From Chamaesiphon sp. (GTDB lineage: Bacteria; Cyanobacteriota; Cyanobacteriia; Cyanobacteriales; Chamaesiphonaceae): 64,000 bases of DNA. The notes below the pieces were generated by a model, which was given only the letters and a program-made list of their open reading frames with translations, was not told the DNA's origin and searched no databases. The stretch covers positions 375,279 to 439,278 of the forward strand of contig CBDFFH010000015.1 of NCBI GenBank assembly GCA_965246715.1. Reading direction: 5' to 3'. The first letter of the stretch is position 1, and each line of letters starts with the position of its first letter. Shown piece by piece: positions 20,580 through 30,982 of this stretch. The position numbers and the translations under genes are program-made.

Positions 20580-21692
20580 ATGCTGAGAAAGTCGTTGATG
20601 GAGCTAGTCGGAACGAGTATAGTTATTGCTGTAATTTTGAGCTTAACAATTGTCACAGTTGCTAACGCAAATGCACCGGCACCACCTTGGCTGTGTTGGT
20701 TAAAATTTGCCCCCGATGTCACCCTGCAAAGTCTTCAACTAACTCAATGCAAAGATCCTAATTGTCAACAGCAGGTTGTGGTTCGACAATACGGTACTTG
20801 TAATGGTAAAAATTGTCTGCCCAATCTCATTACACCCACCACTGATGACTTACAGTTGGGCTGTAACAATAATCTCTGCCTTGTCGCCTTTAAAAGCTAT
20901 ACCCAACAAATCGATCCGAAACGGATTCGGCTCGTCGCCCAACTAAAAGAGAGTAATAAGTTCGACCTAGCCCCAGGTAGCGTGCGATCGAGTGATACCA
21001 TTCCGATCTCCGATCGGAAAGCAGATCGCCAAACCTTCAACGTTAAAGTTGTAAACAATGCACTAGACATCACCCTCAGTAACAACGACGCAGTCGCACG
21101 ATGGCAGATATTTCAGGAGCGGTTGTTTTGGGAAAGTTTACTGCTGACAGTCGCGATCGAACTAACGATCTGGAGTGGATATTTGTGGTGGCAACAAACT
21201 AAGTTAATCGAGATCCTCTTAACTGATGCGAGCGTATTAACCGTTCATGCTTTCTCATTTCCGATTGTCTGGTATGTATTTCCCAGTTTCCGCGCGTTTG
21301 CTAGCAATTTTGAAAGAACTACGGCGCTATTGTGGCTGGGATTGTCGATTTGCTACGGCTTCTTGCCGTTTGTGTTGAGATCCCAGCAATTGACCAGAGC
21401 TGGTGGGATTTTTGCTGGCTCGATCTTCTACTGGTTTGGTGCGTTCATTGTTACGGCGATCTTTGGGTTTTTCAGTGGCTATGGCTACTCTTTCCCATCC
21501 GCAACCGGACTGCCGATGCCATTCTTAACTCTGGCTTCAGAGCTATTTGTCGTTGGCTATGAGGCATGGATCGTGCATCGAATCAGGCAAGACAGCTTAA
21601 GCTTGAAGCTGGCCTTGAAAATCAGTTTTGCCGCTAACGCAGTTAGTTGTCTGGTGGGTTTAGCGTTCTTTTTTACAATCTTTAAATATTGA
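20580..21692 (+). CDS. Hypothetical membrane protein (Cys-rich extracellular N-domain plus multi-TM C-domain)
   Basis: Signal-like N-terminus, several Cys, TVAIEL and FAANAVS-type TM motifs. Confidence 0.7.
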   Translation: MLRKSLMELVGTSIVIAVILSLTIVTVANANAPAPPWLCWLKFAPDVTLQSLQLTQCKDPNCQQQVVVRQYGTCNGKNCLPNLITPTTDDLQLGCNNNLCLVAFKSYTQQIDPKRIRLVAQLKESNKFDLAPGSVRSSDTIPISDRKADRQTFNVKVVNNALDITLSNNDAVARWQIFQERLFWESLLLTVAIELTIWSGYLWWQQTKLIEILLTDASVLTVHAFSFPIVWYVFPSFRAFASNFERTTALLWLGLSICYGFLPFVLRSQQLTRAGGIFAGSIFYWFGAFIVTAIFGFFSGYGYSFPSATGLPMPFLTLASELFVVGYEAWIVHRIRQDSLSLKLALKISFAANAVSCLVGLAFFFTIFKY

Positions 21693-21850
21693 GATCGTTA
21701 CATTCTGACTAAATTTATCGATTTCTGCCACAATTATGCCAGAGGTACTCAGATAATCAGGCGATTTTATAGTGTGGAGTCTACGCAACCGAATCGACTG
21801 CTGGATCTGTCCCCGATCTCCCTCTATCTCTAGATTTATTCTCACGCAAC

Positions 21851-22324
21851 ATGCTAAAAAAAAGCAAAATTAGATCCTCACTGTGCAACAATTTCCTTTT
21901 ATCCAATCTCACGAATCTGCTCGGTCGCGCGACAACTTGCCAATCCAAATTCGCCAAAAGTCGAGCTATGCTCGATCGATCGATCGATTACTACAATCGG
22001 GGTGTTACTAAATCTCTGGCGGGGAATAAACGCGCAGCAATCGCCAACTACGATCGGGCGATTGCGAACGACCCCCGATTTGTCGATGCATATATCAATC
22101 GGGGCAATGCTAGAGCTACATTAGGACAGGAGCGCTCGGCACTTGCCGACTACGATCGAGCGATCGATCTCGCGCCAAACGATGCTTATGCCTACTACAA
22201 TCGCGGCAGCGCCAAATATAAATTCGGCCAACAATCGTCAGCAATGGTCGATTTTGAGCGAGCTGGTCAGCTCGACCCTCAATTTACACTTAAAGTCGTT
22301 AAAAGTTTGTTACATATCATTTAG
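21851..22324 (+). CDS. Tetratricopeptide repeat protein
   Basis: Three YxNRG...ADYDRAI-type TPR repeats. Confidence 0.85.
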   Translation: MLKKSKIRSSLCNNFLLSNLTNLLGRATTCQSKFAKSRAMLDRSIDYYNRGVTKSLAGNKRAAIANYDRAIANDPRFVDAYINRGNARATLGQERSALADYDRAIDLAPNDAYAYYNRGSAKYKFGQQSSAMVDFERAGQLDPQFTLKVVKSLLHII

Positions 22325-22428
22325 CCAGGGAGATACTGCATCTTCAACTAGCGCGGTCTTGTGCTTGCTAGTCCCTAAGCCTGATAAAATAAGTTACTGA
22401 TAGTTCTCTGCACAAATTACAGATATTC

Positions 22429-22989
22429 ATGATTTCCAGTAACGACTTTAGACCTGGTGTATCCATTGAGTGGAAGGGAGGCGTATGGAAGATCGTAGAA
22501 TCTCTCCACGTCAAACCTGGTAAAGGTTCTGCGTTTGTAAGAACTAAGCTCAAAAACGTTCAAAGTGGTAGTGTCGTGGAAGAAACCTTCCGCGCGGGGG
22601 AAACTATGCCTCAAGCCACATTGGAAAAGAGCAAAATGCAGCACACCTACAAAGATGGCGAGCAATTTGTATTCATGGATATGGAGACTTTTGAAGAATC
22701 AACGCTCTCTTCCAACGAAATCGGTGGCGGTGTAAAATACCTCAAAGAAGGGATGGAAGTCAGTATCGTGCGCTGGGGCGAACAGATCATGGAAGTAGAA
22801 CTTCCGAATACGGTGGTACTAGAAGTCACCGATACCGATCCGGGGATGAAAGGCGATACAGCCACAGGTGGAAGCAAACCCGCGATCGTCGAAACTGGCG
22901 CTCAAGTGACAGTACCGTTGTTTATCAGCATCGGTGAGAAAATCAAAATCGATACTCGGACAGACCAATATGTCGGTAGAGAAAGCTAA
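22429..22989 (+). CDS. efp: Elongation factor P
   Basis: [24 protein letters not shown]. Confidence 0.98.
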   Translation: MISSNDFRPGVSIEWKGGVWKIVESLHVKPGKGSAFVRTKLKNVQSGSVVEETFRAGETMPQATLEKSKMQHTYKDGEQFVFMDMETFEESTLSSNEIGGGVKYLKEGMEVSIVRWGEQIMEVELPNTVVLEVTDTDPGMKGDTATGGSKPAIVETGAQVTVPLFISIGEKIKIDTRTDQYVGRES

Positions 22990-23451
22990 CTCTCGATCGT
23001 TAGCCCGAGCGAATTTAGCTACAGTCGATCTCGGTTTGCAAGCGCCCCTAGCTGCTGGTTACAGTAAATCTGCAACTTTCGCACCATCAATGCTCTCGCA
23101 TTCGGGGCGCATCGGCCAAACACTTTTTAGTTTGGCTGGATGCCCAAATTCGATATTTAAACAATCGGATAATTCGGTTCCGTTAGTGACGGATTCTGCT
23201 CGCAACTTTGAAATACGTAATCTTTCCGGTGAGTTGAGGTTCAGGGTCTCGATCGAGTTTAAGATCCTGATACACGAACCTAATTTAATTCTTATTCATC
23301 TTATATTTACTAATAGTTGTTATTCTAGCTTCGCTGCTGAGGCAGCATCGCGTTGACACATCCTCTTCAGTGGAGAATTGGAACGAGAACTACTCGCAGT
23401 AACTACCTAATAATAAATAACTAACTAATAATATCGATCTACTAACTGAAT

Positions 23452-23937
23452 ATGACCATAGATTTTAAAGAATTGCGAGAATTGTTAGCAGCGATCGCTG
23501 CTAATAATATTACTGAATTGACACTCAAAAATTCTGACTTTGAACTTACCGTGAGTCAGGGACAGCTATTTGTCAACGGTGGAGCGACGATTTCAGCAGT
23601 ATCGACTGATATTCACTCTGAGTCGATCTCTGTACCCAAATCAGACCAACTGACGATCGTGGCAGATCGGTCTACACCGCCTACTCCTGATAAAAAGTGG
23701 GTCGAAATCAAGTCGCCGATGGTGGGCACCTTCTATCGCTCGCCAGCCCCCGATGAACCTGCGTTTGCATCGATCGGCGATCGGATTCGATCGGGGCAAA
23801 CCGTCTGTATCATCGAAGCCATGAAGTTGATGAATGAGATCGAAGCTGAGATCGCGGGACAAGTAATGGAAGTACTAGTCGAAAACGGTCAACCGATCGA
23901 GTTTGGACAAACTCTGATGTATATCAATCCAGCCTAG
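23452..23937 (+). CDS. accB: Acetyl-CoA carboxylase biotin carboxyl carrier protein
   Basis: SPMVGTFY and biotinylation motif EAMKLMNEI. Confidence 0.97.
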   Translation: MTIDFKELRELLAAIAANNITELTLKNSDFELTVSQGQLFVNGGATISAVSTDIHSESISVPKSDQLTIVADRSTPPTPDKKWVEIKSPMVGTFYRSPAPDEPAFASIGDRIRSGQTVCIIEAMKLMNEIEAEIAGQVMEVLVENGQPIEFGQTLMYINPA

Positions 23938-24114
23938 CGATCGCGATTTCGAGTCGAGCTAGGGCAAAATTCACACATCATTGTGGTCAAATGTAGCGCT
24001 GCAACTTTGTCTGGGAAACAATCGCGCTACACAAGTCTAGATCTAACAGCCGACTACTCCCAAATGGGAGATTAGAAAGTAAATTCGAGAGCGAGTATTT
24101 AGGAGCGTTGGTTG

Positions 24115-24870
24115 TTATTCGCCGACACTATCCTTAAACTCTTGCTGGAAGACTTTCCGCGTCAATGGCTGTTTGATTTCTACACCTTCGCCACCCAAAG
24201 CTTCTAATGGCTTGCCTTCGACATCGATCCAGACTGGCATGTCCGGATTGCGACTAGTGGCCGTGTAGAGGACTTGGGCGATTCTACCTTGCATGGATGT
24301 GCTACCACCACCTTGGGTAAATTCCTTAGACAAATCGATATGTAATCCATCTGCCTTAATCGCGCTACTGAGTAATTTAGTCCCCGCCGGAATTGTCGAA
24401 GTCTGTTTGCCTTCTTTCCCCGCAGAGGCTAGCAAAATCGTCAGCGATTCTTTGGCATAGCCTTCCTGAGTTTTGGGTACAGTGCTCGCAATTTTACGTT
24501 CTTGGGAAGAAACGCTGGATTTCTTGTTATCCTTGTCATCGATCCAGAAAACTTTTACTTTGTCTTCTGTCGCTGGTGCGACATTAGCTGGGTTTTGCGC
24601 GATCGAGGGAACTGGCGCTGTTGTCGCTGGCACAGCCTGAGTCGGCGGTTTTGGCGCAGTGACGATCGGGGTGAGAGTAGCAGGGGTAATATTTACCTGC
24701 GGCGGCTTGACTGTCGATGTTGTCGAAGTTATCGTACTAGCTGTATTGGTCTGCGGTCGATCGTGAGTCATCCACCAAGCAACTCCACCGCCAACGAGAG
24801 TAGCCATCACCGCGAAGGCCGAAATGGCGGTAGTGACTACGCTTTTAGATACAGATTTTTGTTCTTCCAT
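24115..24870 (-). CDS. GerMN domain protein
   Basis: TM, Pro/Thr-rich linker, TIPAGTKL, DLSKEF, GGGS...QVLYTAT. Confidence 0.88.
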   Translation of the reverse strand: MEEQKSVSKSVVTTAISAFAVMATLVGGGVAWWMTHDRPQTNTASTITSTTSTVKPPQVNITPATLTPIVTAPKPPTQAVPATTAPVPSIAQNPANVAPATEDKVKVFWIDDKDNKKSSVSSQERKIASTVPKTQEGYAKESLTILLASAGKEGKQTSTIPAGTKLLSSAIKADGLHIDLSKEFTQGGGSTSMQGRIAQVLYTATSRNPDMPVWIDVEGKPLEALGGEGVEIKQPLTRKVFQQEFKDSVGE

Positions 24871-25092
24871 AATTAAAAAAATTCCGATTGATAATTAAAC
24901 GAGGACAAGACCCGATCTTCAAGTTGCTCCATTACTAGTTTAGCTGGTAGGACATCAATTCGGTAATAATGCCATGCTAGAGCAGATCGCGGATGGAAGA
25001 TCGCTGATAATCTCGCTGAATCTAAGCCTCAATGAATTGGATGTGCGCGCTGCCAACCAGCCTCGATTGTCTCGATCCGGCGGAAAATTTTA

Positions 25093-25911
25093 TTATTGAC
25101 CTGGTGCTACAGCTTGCTTGGTTCCATTTACCCGCACGAATGCAGCAACCTCTAATTGCTGAGGATTGACTTTGAACTGGAGAATCCGCGTAGTTAGGCC
25201 GCGCTGCTCCAATATATCTACATTCAACCGTTCGCCGATTCCAGCCGTTAAGCCAGCCAAGAGAAATGGTGGAACTGGAGTTCCACCAACCGCAGCAGTA
25301 GGGTCGGTCAGTTGAAACTTACGTCCGCCGATAACGCTAACACCAGTTTCCAAGCTGACAGCGAGAGTTTCGCCAGAATTGGGGTCTTTCAAATCTGTCT
25401 TGATTCCCAGTCGATTATTCCCGAGAAAGCGGATTTGAGGATTGGTGACTTGGTAATCCTTGTTGAGCGAACTAGCCGCACTACCGAGAGTACTAGTAGT
25501 CATTTTCTGCAGCCTAGCGACCACATCCGGAGACTTTAAGAAATTATTAAGATCTACTTCATTAAACTTAAATTTCACCGCTGCTTGAATTGGCTGTTTG
25601 AGGGACGAACTCTGAGGCTGATTTCCATCCTCCTGAATCGCTTTGAGATTTACGGAGATCGGATCCGTTTCGACTTCTAAAGTATCGATCCGCAAATCTT
25701 TAGTTGGCCAGATCCCCCGTCCGGCAATTCTGATTTTATCGATCTTACCGTTGATAATTTGATAACTTGGTGCGTTATCGGTTCTAACTTGCAGTTGCTC
25801 CGCCCGATCGATCTGAGCGCGAAAAGCAGTTTCCACGTTTTTGTCTACCACAACCCCAGTCAGAGAGAATAAGGCGGTAATACCGGAGAGGAGGATGGTA
25901 ATTAATTCCAT
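25093..25911 (-). CDS. DUF2993 / LmeA-like protein
   Basis: N-terminal hydrophobic segment; QLQVRTDNAPSYQIINGKIDKIRIAGRG. Confidence 0.75.
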   Translation of the reverse strand: MELITILLSGITALFSLTGVVVDKNVETAFRAQIDRAEQLQVRTDNAPSYQIINGKIDKIRIAGRGIWPTKDLRIDTLEVETDPISVNLKAIQEDGNQPQSSSLKQPIQAAVKFKFNEVDLNNFLKSPDVVARLQKMTTSTLGSAASSLNKDYQVTNPQIRFLGNNRLGIKTDLKDPNSGETLAVSLETGVSVIGGRKFQLTDPTAAVGGTPVPPFLLAGLTAGIGERLNVDILEQRGLTTRILQFKVNPQQLEVAAFVRVNGTKQAVAPGQ

Positions 25912-25983
25912 TGTGTGGAAAGGGTTAGAGGGAGAGGGATAGGGTTGGCGGGAAACGGGGGAGATGGATAGTAGGGTAAGGAG

Positions 25984-27801
25984 TTATTTTTGCGAGCCAC
26001 TAATTGCCTGCGCGATCCATATTTGAATCGTTGCACCAACTGTCTCGACGGGAATATCTGCGGATTGTTTCGTAGCGCGTTGCACTACTTCTACTTTACC
26101 ATCTTGGAGCGAGCGTCCAGTGACGATCCGATATGGAATCCCAATCAGGTCGGCATCCTTAAATTTTACTCCCGCCCGTTCGTCACGATCGTCGAGAATT
26201 GTCTCGACCCCCAGCTGATTTAATTCAGTGTAGAGCCGTTGAGCGGTCTCCATTTGCAAAGGATCGGAGATATTTGGCACACAGATAATGGCATGATAAG
26301 GCGCGATCGATACGGGCCAAATGATGCCGTCTTTGTCGTAGGATTGCTCGACAGCAGATTGAGCCAATCGCGATACACCTACGCCATAGCAACCCATAAC
26401 CAGCGGCTGTTCTTCGCCTTGCTCATTGGTAAATGTGGCACCCATTGCTTGGGAATATTTGGTACCGAGCTGGAAAATGTGCCCAACTTCAATGCCGCGT
26501 GCGGTTTGCAACAGTTGAGTGGGATCGTGGATAGCTCGATCTCCAACTTTAGCCTTTTGAAGATCGACAACTGTTGTATGAGTGGGAAATTGTTGTTGCC
26601 AATTTGCACCGACGACATGCCGATCGACCAAATTCGCCCCAGTGATAAAATTTGTCAAACTAGCAGCAGTCTCATCGACCAAGCGCAGAAATTTAGGATG
26701 TACGCCCTCACTAGCTTTGATATAATCGTCTGCTAAATCGGGGCCGATATAACCTAATGGCAAGGGTTTATCCGCCCATTTTGCGATGGCTACCCCATCC
26801 GGTACATCTAGCGCGATGACTGTTTTTGCCCCATAATTGGGAGCTAATTTGACCAGTTCGTTATTTAATTTAACTTGATTGACATCCCGATCGCCACGAA
26901 TGCTAATTAAGACTAAAACGGTCGTGCCATTATCGAAAGTAGCTTGTTGGAGCACGTTTTTGACGATCGCCGTAATGTCGCACTGGAAAAATTTCACCAA
27001 CTTATTAATCGAAGTCGCCCCTGGGGTGTCCTTAACTTCATAACTATTAAACGGCGAGGCTACCGCATCAGGAGCCAGCGCTACTGCTTTCTCCACATTG
27101 GCGGCATATTTACCATCCTCCGTGTACATCACATCATCCTCACCCGCATCCGCCAGCACCATAAATTCCTGGGAACCAGAGCCACCAATCGCCCCCGAAT
27201 CAGCATCGACTGCCCGAAATTTCAAACCGCATCGAGTCAACATCTTGCTGTAAGCCTGATGCATGTCATCATAGGTAGCCTTGAGACTGTCCACGTCGGC
27301 ATGGAAAGAATAACCGTCCTTCATGATAAATTCGCGTCCGCGCATCAACCCAAACCGAGGGCGAATTTCATCGCGAAATTTACTCTGTATTTGATAGAGG
27401 TGTTGGGGCAGTTGGCGATAAGATTTAATCAGATCTCTAGCTACTGCTGTAATTACTTCTTCATGAGTTGGGCCGAGCGCTAATTCCCGCTTTTGGCGAT
27501 CGGTAAAAGCAAACATAATCCCCTCAGCCTGGGTATAAGTATCCCACCGTCCCGATTGCTGCCAGAGTTCGGCGGGTTGCAGTTGGGGGAGCAAGCATTC
27601 TTGTGCGCCTGTCGCATCCATTTCTTCTTTGACGATCTGACGTACCTTAGTCAAGACGCGCAGCATCAGCGGTAGATAAGCATATAAGCCACTCCCGATC
27701 CGCCGGATGTATCCCGCACGTAGCAGCAGTTTATGGCTGGGGATTTCGGCTTCGGCTGGTTCTTCTCGCAGGGTGACAAATAAGCTTTGAGACAGGCGCA
27801 T
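25984..27801 (-). CDS. proS: Proline--tRNA ligase
   Basis: [37 protein letters not shown]; start MRLSQ at 27801. Confidence 0.98.
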   Translation of the reverse strand: MRLSQSLFVTLREEPAEAEIPSHKLLLRAGYIRRIGSGLYAYLPLMLRVLTKVRQIVKEEMDATGAQECLLPQLQPAELWQQSGRWDTYTQAEGIMFAFTDRQKRELALGPTHEEVITAVARDLIKSYRQLPQHLYQIQSKFRDEIRPRFGLMRGREFIMKDGYSFHADVDSLKATYDDMHQAYSKMLTRCGLKFRAVDADSGAIGGSGSQEFMVLADAGEDDVMYTEDGKYAANVEKAVALAPDAVASPFNSYEVKDTPGATSINKLVKFFQCDITAIVKNVLQQATFDNGTTVLVLISIRGDRDVNQVKLNNELVKLAPNYGAKTVIALDVPDGVAIAKWADKPLPLGYIGPDLADDYIKASEGVHPKFLRLVDETAASLTNFITGANLVDRHVVGANWQQQFPTHTTVVDLQKAKVGDRAIHDPTQLLQTARGIEVGHIFQLGTKYSQAMGATFTNEQGEEQPLVMGCYGVGVSRLAQSAVEQSYDKDGIIWPVSIAPYHAIICVPNISDPLQMETAQRLYTELNQLGVETILDDRDERAGVKFKDADLIGIPYRIVTGRSLQDGKVEVVQRATKQSADIPVETVGATIQIWIAQAISGSQK

Positions 27802-28201
27802 TGCAATCTTGGGTGAGTTTACTCGATCGATATTATCGCAGCATTGCACCCAATCTGGGTAGAGTAAGCGTTAGCAAGGTGAGTATAGCTACAGTTTTCT
27901 GACTTTTGCCTTAACTAACGAGCTAGAGTCTTTAATAGTTGCTCTGCTCGATCGAATTTGCGTTGTTACATCTCTGTCTACCATCACGCAGCCCCATAAA
28001 GCAGGTAGAGTTGATGTTTCTGTGCCCGATGCTTCGCTTCCTGGTAAGATTCCAATGCTCGATCGAATTTTCCCATTTTTGGCAATACAGTACCAAGGGT
28101 GATATCTCGATCGATCCTACCGAGCCTGTGGACTCCCAGTTAGATCGGAGCGCTAACTAGAAAAATTTAAATAATTTACCACCAGCGATCTCGGTTACAA
28201 A

Positions 28202-28233
28202 AAAAGTGACCAGTAGAAGTTACTGTCACTTTT
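28202..28233. terminator. Probable terminator hairpin downstream of the small ORF
   Basis: AAAAAGTGACCAGTA...TACTGTCACTTTT. Confidence 0.55.
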
Positions 28234-28291
28234 GGATAAAGGAGCGCGATCGAAAGTTAACTGTAATAATTAATTTGCGATCGCCTTGACA

Positions 28292-28441
28292 CTATTTGTC
28301 ATGATTTTTTTCTTTATTAACTTCACCCTCAAAAGGTTGAACGCCAGTGCGGGGATAGGCATCGCGATCGGGTCCAAAAATTCTTGCAGCCGCGTCGGAA
28401 AAATAACCGATTAGGTTTTCTAGCATGGTGGCAATACGCAT
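28292..28441 (-). CDS. atpT: 49-aa small protein, probable ATP synthase inhibitor AtpTheta (Norf1) homolog
   Basis: Manual translation MRIATMLENLIGYFSDAAARIFGPDRDAYPRTGVQPFEGEVNKEKNHDK; amphipathic helix plus YPxxGVQPFxG; below the ORF-track cutoff; family assignment from memory. Confidence 0.65.
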   Translation of the reverse strand: MRIATMLENLIGYFSDAAARIFGPDRDAYPRTGVQPFEGEVNKEKNHDK

Positions 28442-28656
28442 ATCTTTAGCCCCTGCATTGATAAGATGTCGGGAGATCTCTCCCTGGATATCTTCAATTA
28501 TATGTTGTTACCCAGGATAGACCGACTAACTGTAATAGATATTTAACTATGCGGCCGATTCGTTATTCATCGTTCGCTGTTGTTGCGCTGCTCGTCTTGA
28601 TTCTCGGCGGTGCTGAATTTCGTGGACAAATCATCCCGCAAATCAGCACCGCCCAT

Positions 28657-29283
28657 TTATAATACGCCTTTAGAACTAGGAATAGTTCCAATGCGGCGGA
28701 GGTCGGCTTCTGTTGCCATCCGCATCGCTCTAGCAAAAGCTTTGAAAGTAGCTTCGATAATATGGTGGGAATTGATCCCATCTAATTGCCGGATATGTAG
28801 CGTCATCAGACTGTGATTGACCACTGCGACAAAAAATTCTCGGACTAATTGCGTATCGTAAGTACCTACTCGCTGAGTGGAAATTTCTAAACCATAACTG
28901 AGATGCGGACGACCGGAGAAATCTAGCGCGATTTGCACCAAGGCTTCGTCTAGAGGGGCGATAAAATGCCCAAATCTGACAATCCCTTTGCGATCGCCCA
29001 GAGCCTTCGCCAGCGCCATTCCCAATGTAATTCCCACATCTTCATTGGTATGATGATCGTCGATTTCGATATCGCCTGTGGCCTCGATCTCTAGGTCGAA
29101 TAAGCCATGTGCGGCGATTTGATGGAGCATGTGATCGAGAAAAGGAATCCCCGTCCGCGCCTGACAGACACCAGTACCATCGAGATCGATCGTTACAGTT
29201 ACATCAGTTTCGCCAGTTTTACGGTGAACCGTGGCAATGCGGTGAGATGAGAGTTGCAGGTGAGGAGGGTTAGCGGTTTGCAT
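28657..29283 (-). CDS. hisB: Imidazoleglycerol-phosphate dehydratase
   Basis: [21 protein letters not shown]. Confidence 0.98.
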   Translation of the reverse strand: MQTANPPHLQLSSHRIATVHRKTGETDVTVTIDLDGTGVCQARTGIPFLDHMLHQIAAHGLFDLEIEATGDIEIDDHHTNEDVGITLGMALAKALGDRKGIVRFGHFIAPLDEALVQIALDFSGRPHLSYGLEISTQRVGTYDTQLVREFFVAVVNHSLMTLHIRQLDGINSHHIIEATFKAFARAMRMATEADLRRIGTIPSSKGVL

Positions 29284-29288
29284 GGATT

Positions 29289-29319
29289 CAGTGAAGAGTG
29301 AACAGTGAATAGTGAACAG
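29289..29319. repeat. Heptamer tandem repeat (CAGTGAA)n
   Basis: About 4 units just upstream of the hisB start; reverse complement of the 29523-29630 array. Confidence 0.85.
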
Positions 29320-29522
29320 CGGCGTAGCTTACCGTCGGGTTTCCCGACACGAAGATCGCACCAAGTAGCGGCTCGCAGCTGGGAGGTTATGCGACGAGAC
29401 AAGACAGCGAGACCAGACGGCGAACGGTGGATAGGAATTAGTTATTAGTAAGCAGTATTTACCTAGTGTTGTTGTGAACCTATATTTTACGATCGTTCCC
29501 ATATCTATTTACTCCCCATCTT

Positions 29523-29630
29523 CTATCCACTGTCCACTATTCACTGTTCACTGTTCACTGTTCACTGTTCACTGTTCACTGTTCACTGTTCACTGTTCAC
29601 TGTTCACTGTTCACTGTTCACTCTTCACTG
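29523..29630 (+). repeat. STRR-type heptamer array (CTGTTCA)n
   Basis: About 15 units visible directly. Confidence 0.95.
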
Positions 29631-29701
29631 CCCCTAGTTATTCCCGCTCGAAATCTGGGAACGATAGAGAAGGTAATCTTCAGATGCAATGGAATCGGTA
29701 G

Positions 29702-30889
29702 ATGAGTGGAATGTCTATAGGTGATGTCTTGGCCCAGAAGGATACATTGCCACTAACTCCATACCAAGTACAGGATCTTGCTCGTTTACTAGAATCTTTG
29801 CGCCAACAGCAGGTGAGTGGCACCTTGGAGTTGGAAGTAGAGGCACATACTGGCAAATATTGGCAACGAGTCTTGATTTGGTACAAAGGAGAAATTACCT
29901 ATGGAGGTAATAAATCGATCGATCGGGGCGAACTAATTCGGGGGTTAATTAAGAAGTTTAAACCCGAATATACAAACTCGATCGAAAGTTGGCTCGCACA
30001 ACAATTGCTCCATCAGCATTCCAGCCGCGATCTGTTGACTTTTTTAGTCCAGCGGCAAGTACTGACTTGGGAGCAGGTTGAGAGTTGGGCGCAGGCACAA
30101 ATCGTGTTTGTGTTAGAGCAAGCAGTGAGTTTTTCGGGTAGGTATCGATTTACACCGCAAGCTGAAATCGACTTTTATCATGGCGTTGAAGGTCGAGGAC
30201 TAAATTGGCAGCAGATCATGATGGCGGTCAATACCCGTCAGCAATACTGGAGCAAGATTAGGAGCTTTATTCCTGGAATCGCCGCAATTCCGCTACCACC
30301 TACGCCAGCTACGATCGCCAAGATCTCCGAGAAGGCGGTCGAGCAACATATCAAAAAGTGGTTTGATGGGCAACGCACGATCGTCGATATTGCCATCGCA
30401 CTCGATCGCGATCCGCTGCAAGTAGCGCGTTCTTATACGCAGTGGGCGCAGTTGGGTTGGATGCAGTGCCAAAATTTGGACGATATTGCCTTCGATACGC
30501 TATCGCCGCCAGCATTACCGATCGTCTTATCGGTGGATGATAGTCCGATCGTCCAGACCCGGATCAAACGTGCGCTGAGCGACCATTGTGAGGTCTTGTT
30601 AGCAAATGATGCGATGAGTGCTTTACACCTCCTCGCCCGCCAACCTGTGGACTTGTTGCTGCTCGATGTGACAATGCCAGGGATCGATGGGATCGAGCTA
30701 TGTCAGACGCTACGGCGGATGAGCAAGTTTGCCCAATTACCGATCGTGATGCTGACGGCTAAAGATAAGAGCTACGATCGCGCGCTAGCGGAAATGGTCG
30801 GGGCGACGGAATATCTGACTAAACCTTTGGATGATGAAAAATTACTTGCTGTTGTTAATCAATACGCCAAAGGTGGGCATATTCAATGA
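29702..30889 (+). CDS. PatA-family response regulator (PATAN/DUF4388-like plus REC)
   Basis: N-terminal SGTLEL...GEITY; C-terminal VDDS, LLDVTMP, YLTKP. Confidence 0.88.
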   Translation: MSGMSIGDVLAQKDTLPLTPYQVQDLARLLESLRQQQVSGTLELEVEAHTGKYWQRVLIWYKGEITYGGNKSIDRGELIRGLIKKFKPEYTNSIESWLAQQLLHQHSSRDLLTFLVQRQVLTWEQVESWAQAQIVFVLEQAVSFSGRYRFTPQAEIDFYHGVEGRGLNWQQIMMAVNTRQQYWSKIRSFIPGIAAIPLPPTPATIAKISEKAVEQHIKKWFDGQRTIVDIAIALDRDPLQVARSYTQWAQLGWMQCQNLDDIAFDTLSPPALPIVLSVDDSPIVQTRIKRALSDHCEVLLANDAMSALHLLARQPVDLLLLDVTMPGIDGIELCQTLRRMSKFAQLPIVMLTAKDKSYDRALAEMVGATEYLTKPLDDEKLLAVVNQYAKGGHIQ

Positions 30890-30982
30890 TATGTCCGATA
30901 TCTAGATTACAGCTAATTTGCCCGATTTCAGATCGACACAACCCACTCTTTACTTTACATAGTTTGCTCTATGTAATTAGTT

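Noticed and set aside
22934..23356. 140-aa ORF overlapping the efp 3' end
   Set aside because: No motifs or clear start; treated as intergenic
29523..29630. Possible CRISPR array, given a Cas4-like gene in the window
   Set aside because: Pure 7-bp tandem units with no spacers; no cas1, cas2 or effector genes
29474..29701. ORF with CSLFTVH repeats (also the N-terminal extension of the 56048 ORF)
   Set aside because: Translation of heptamer arrays; psaL starts at 56138
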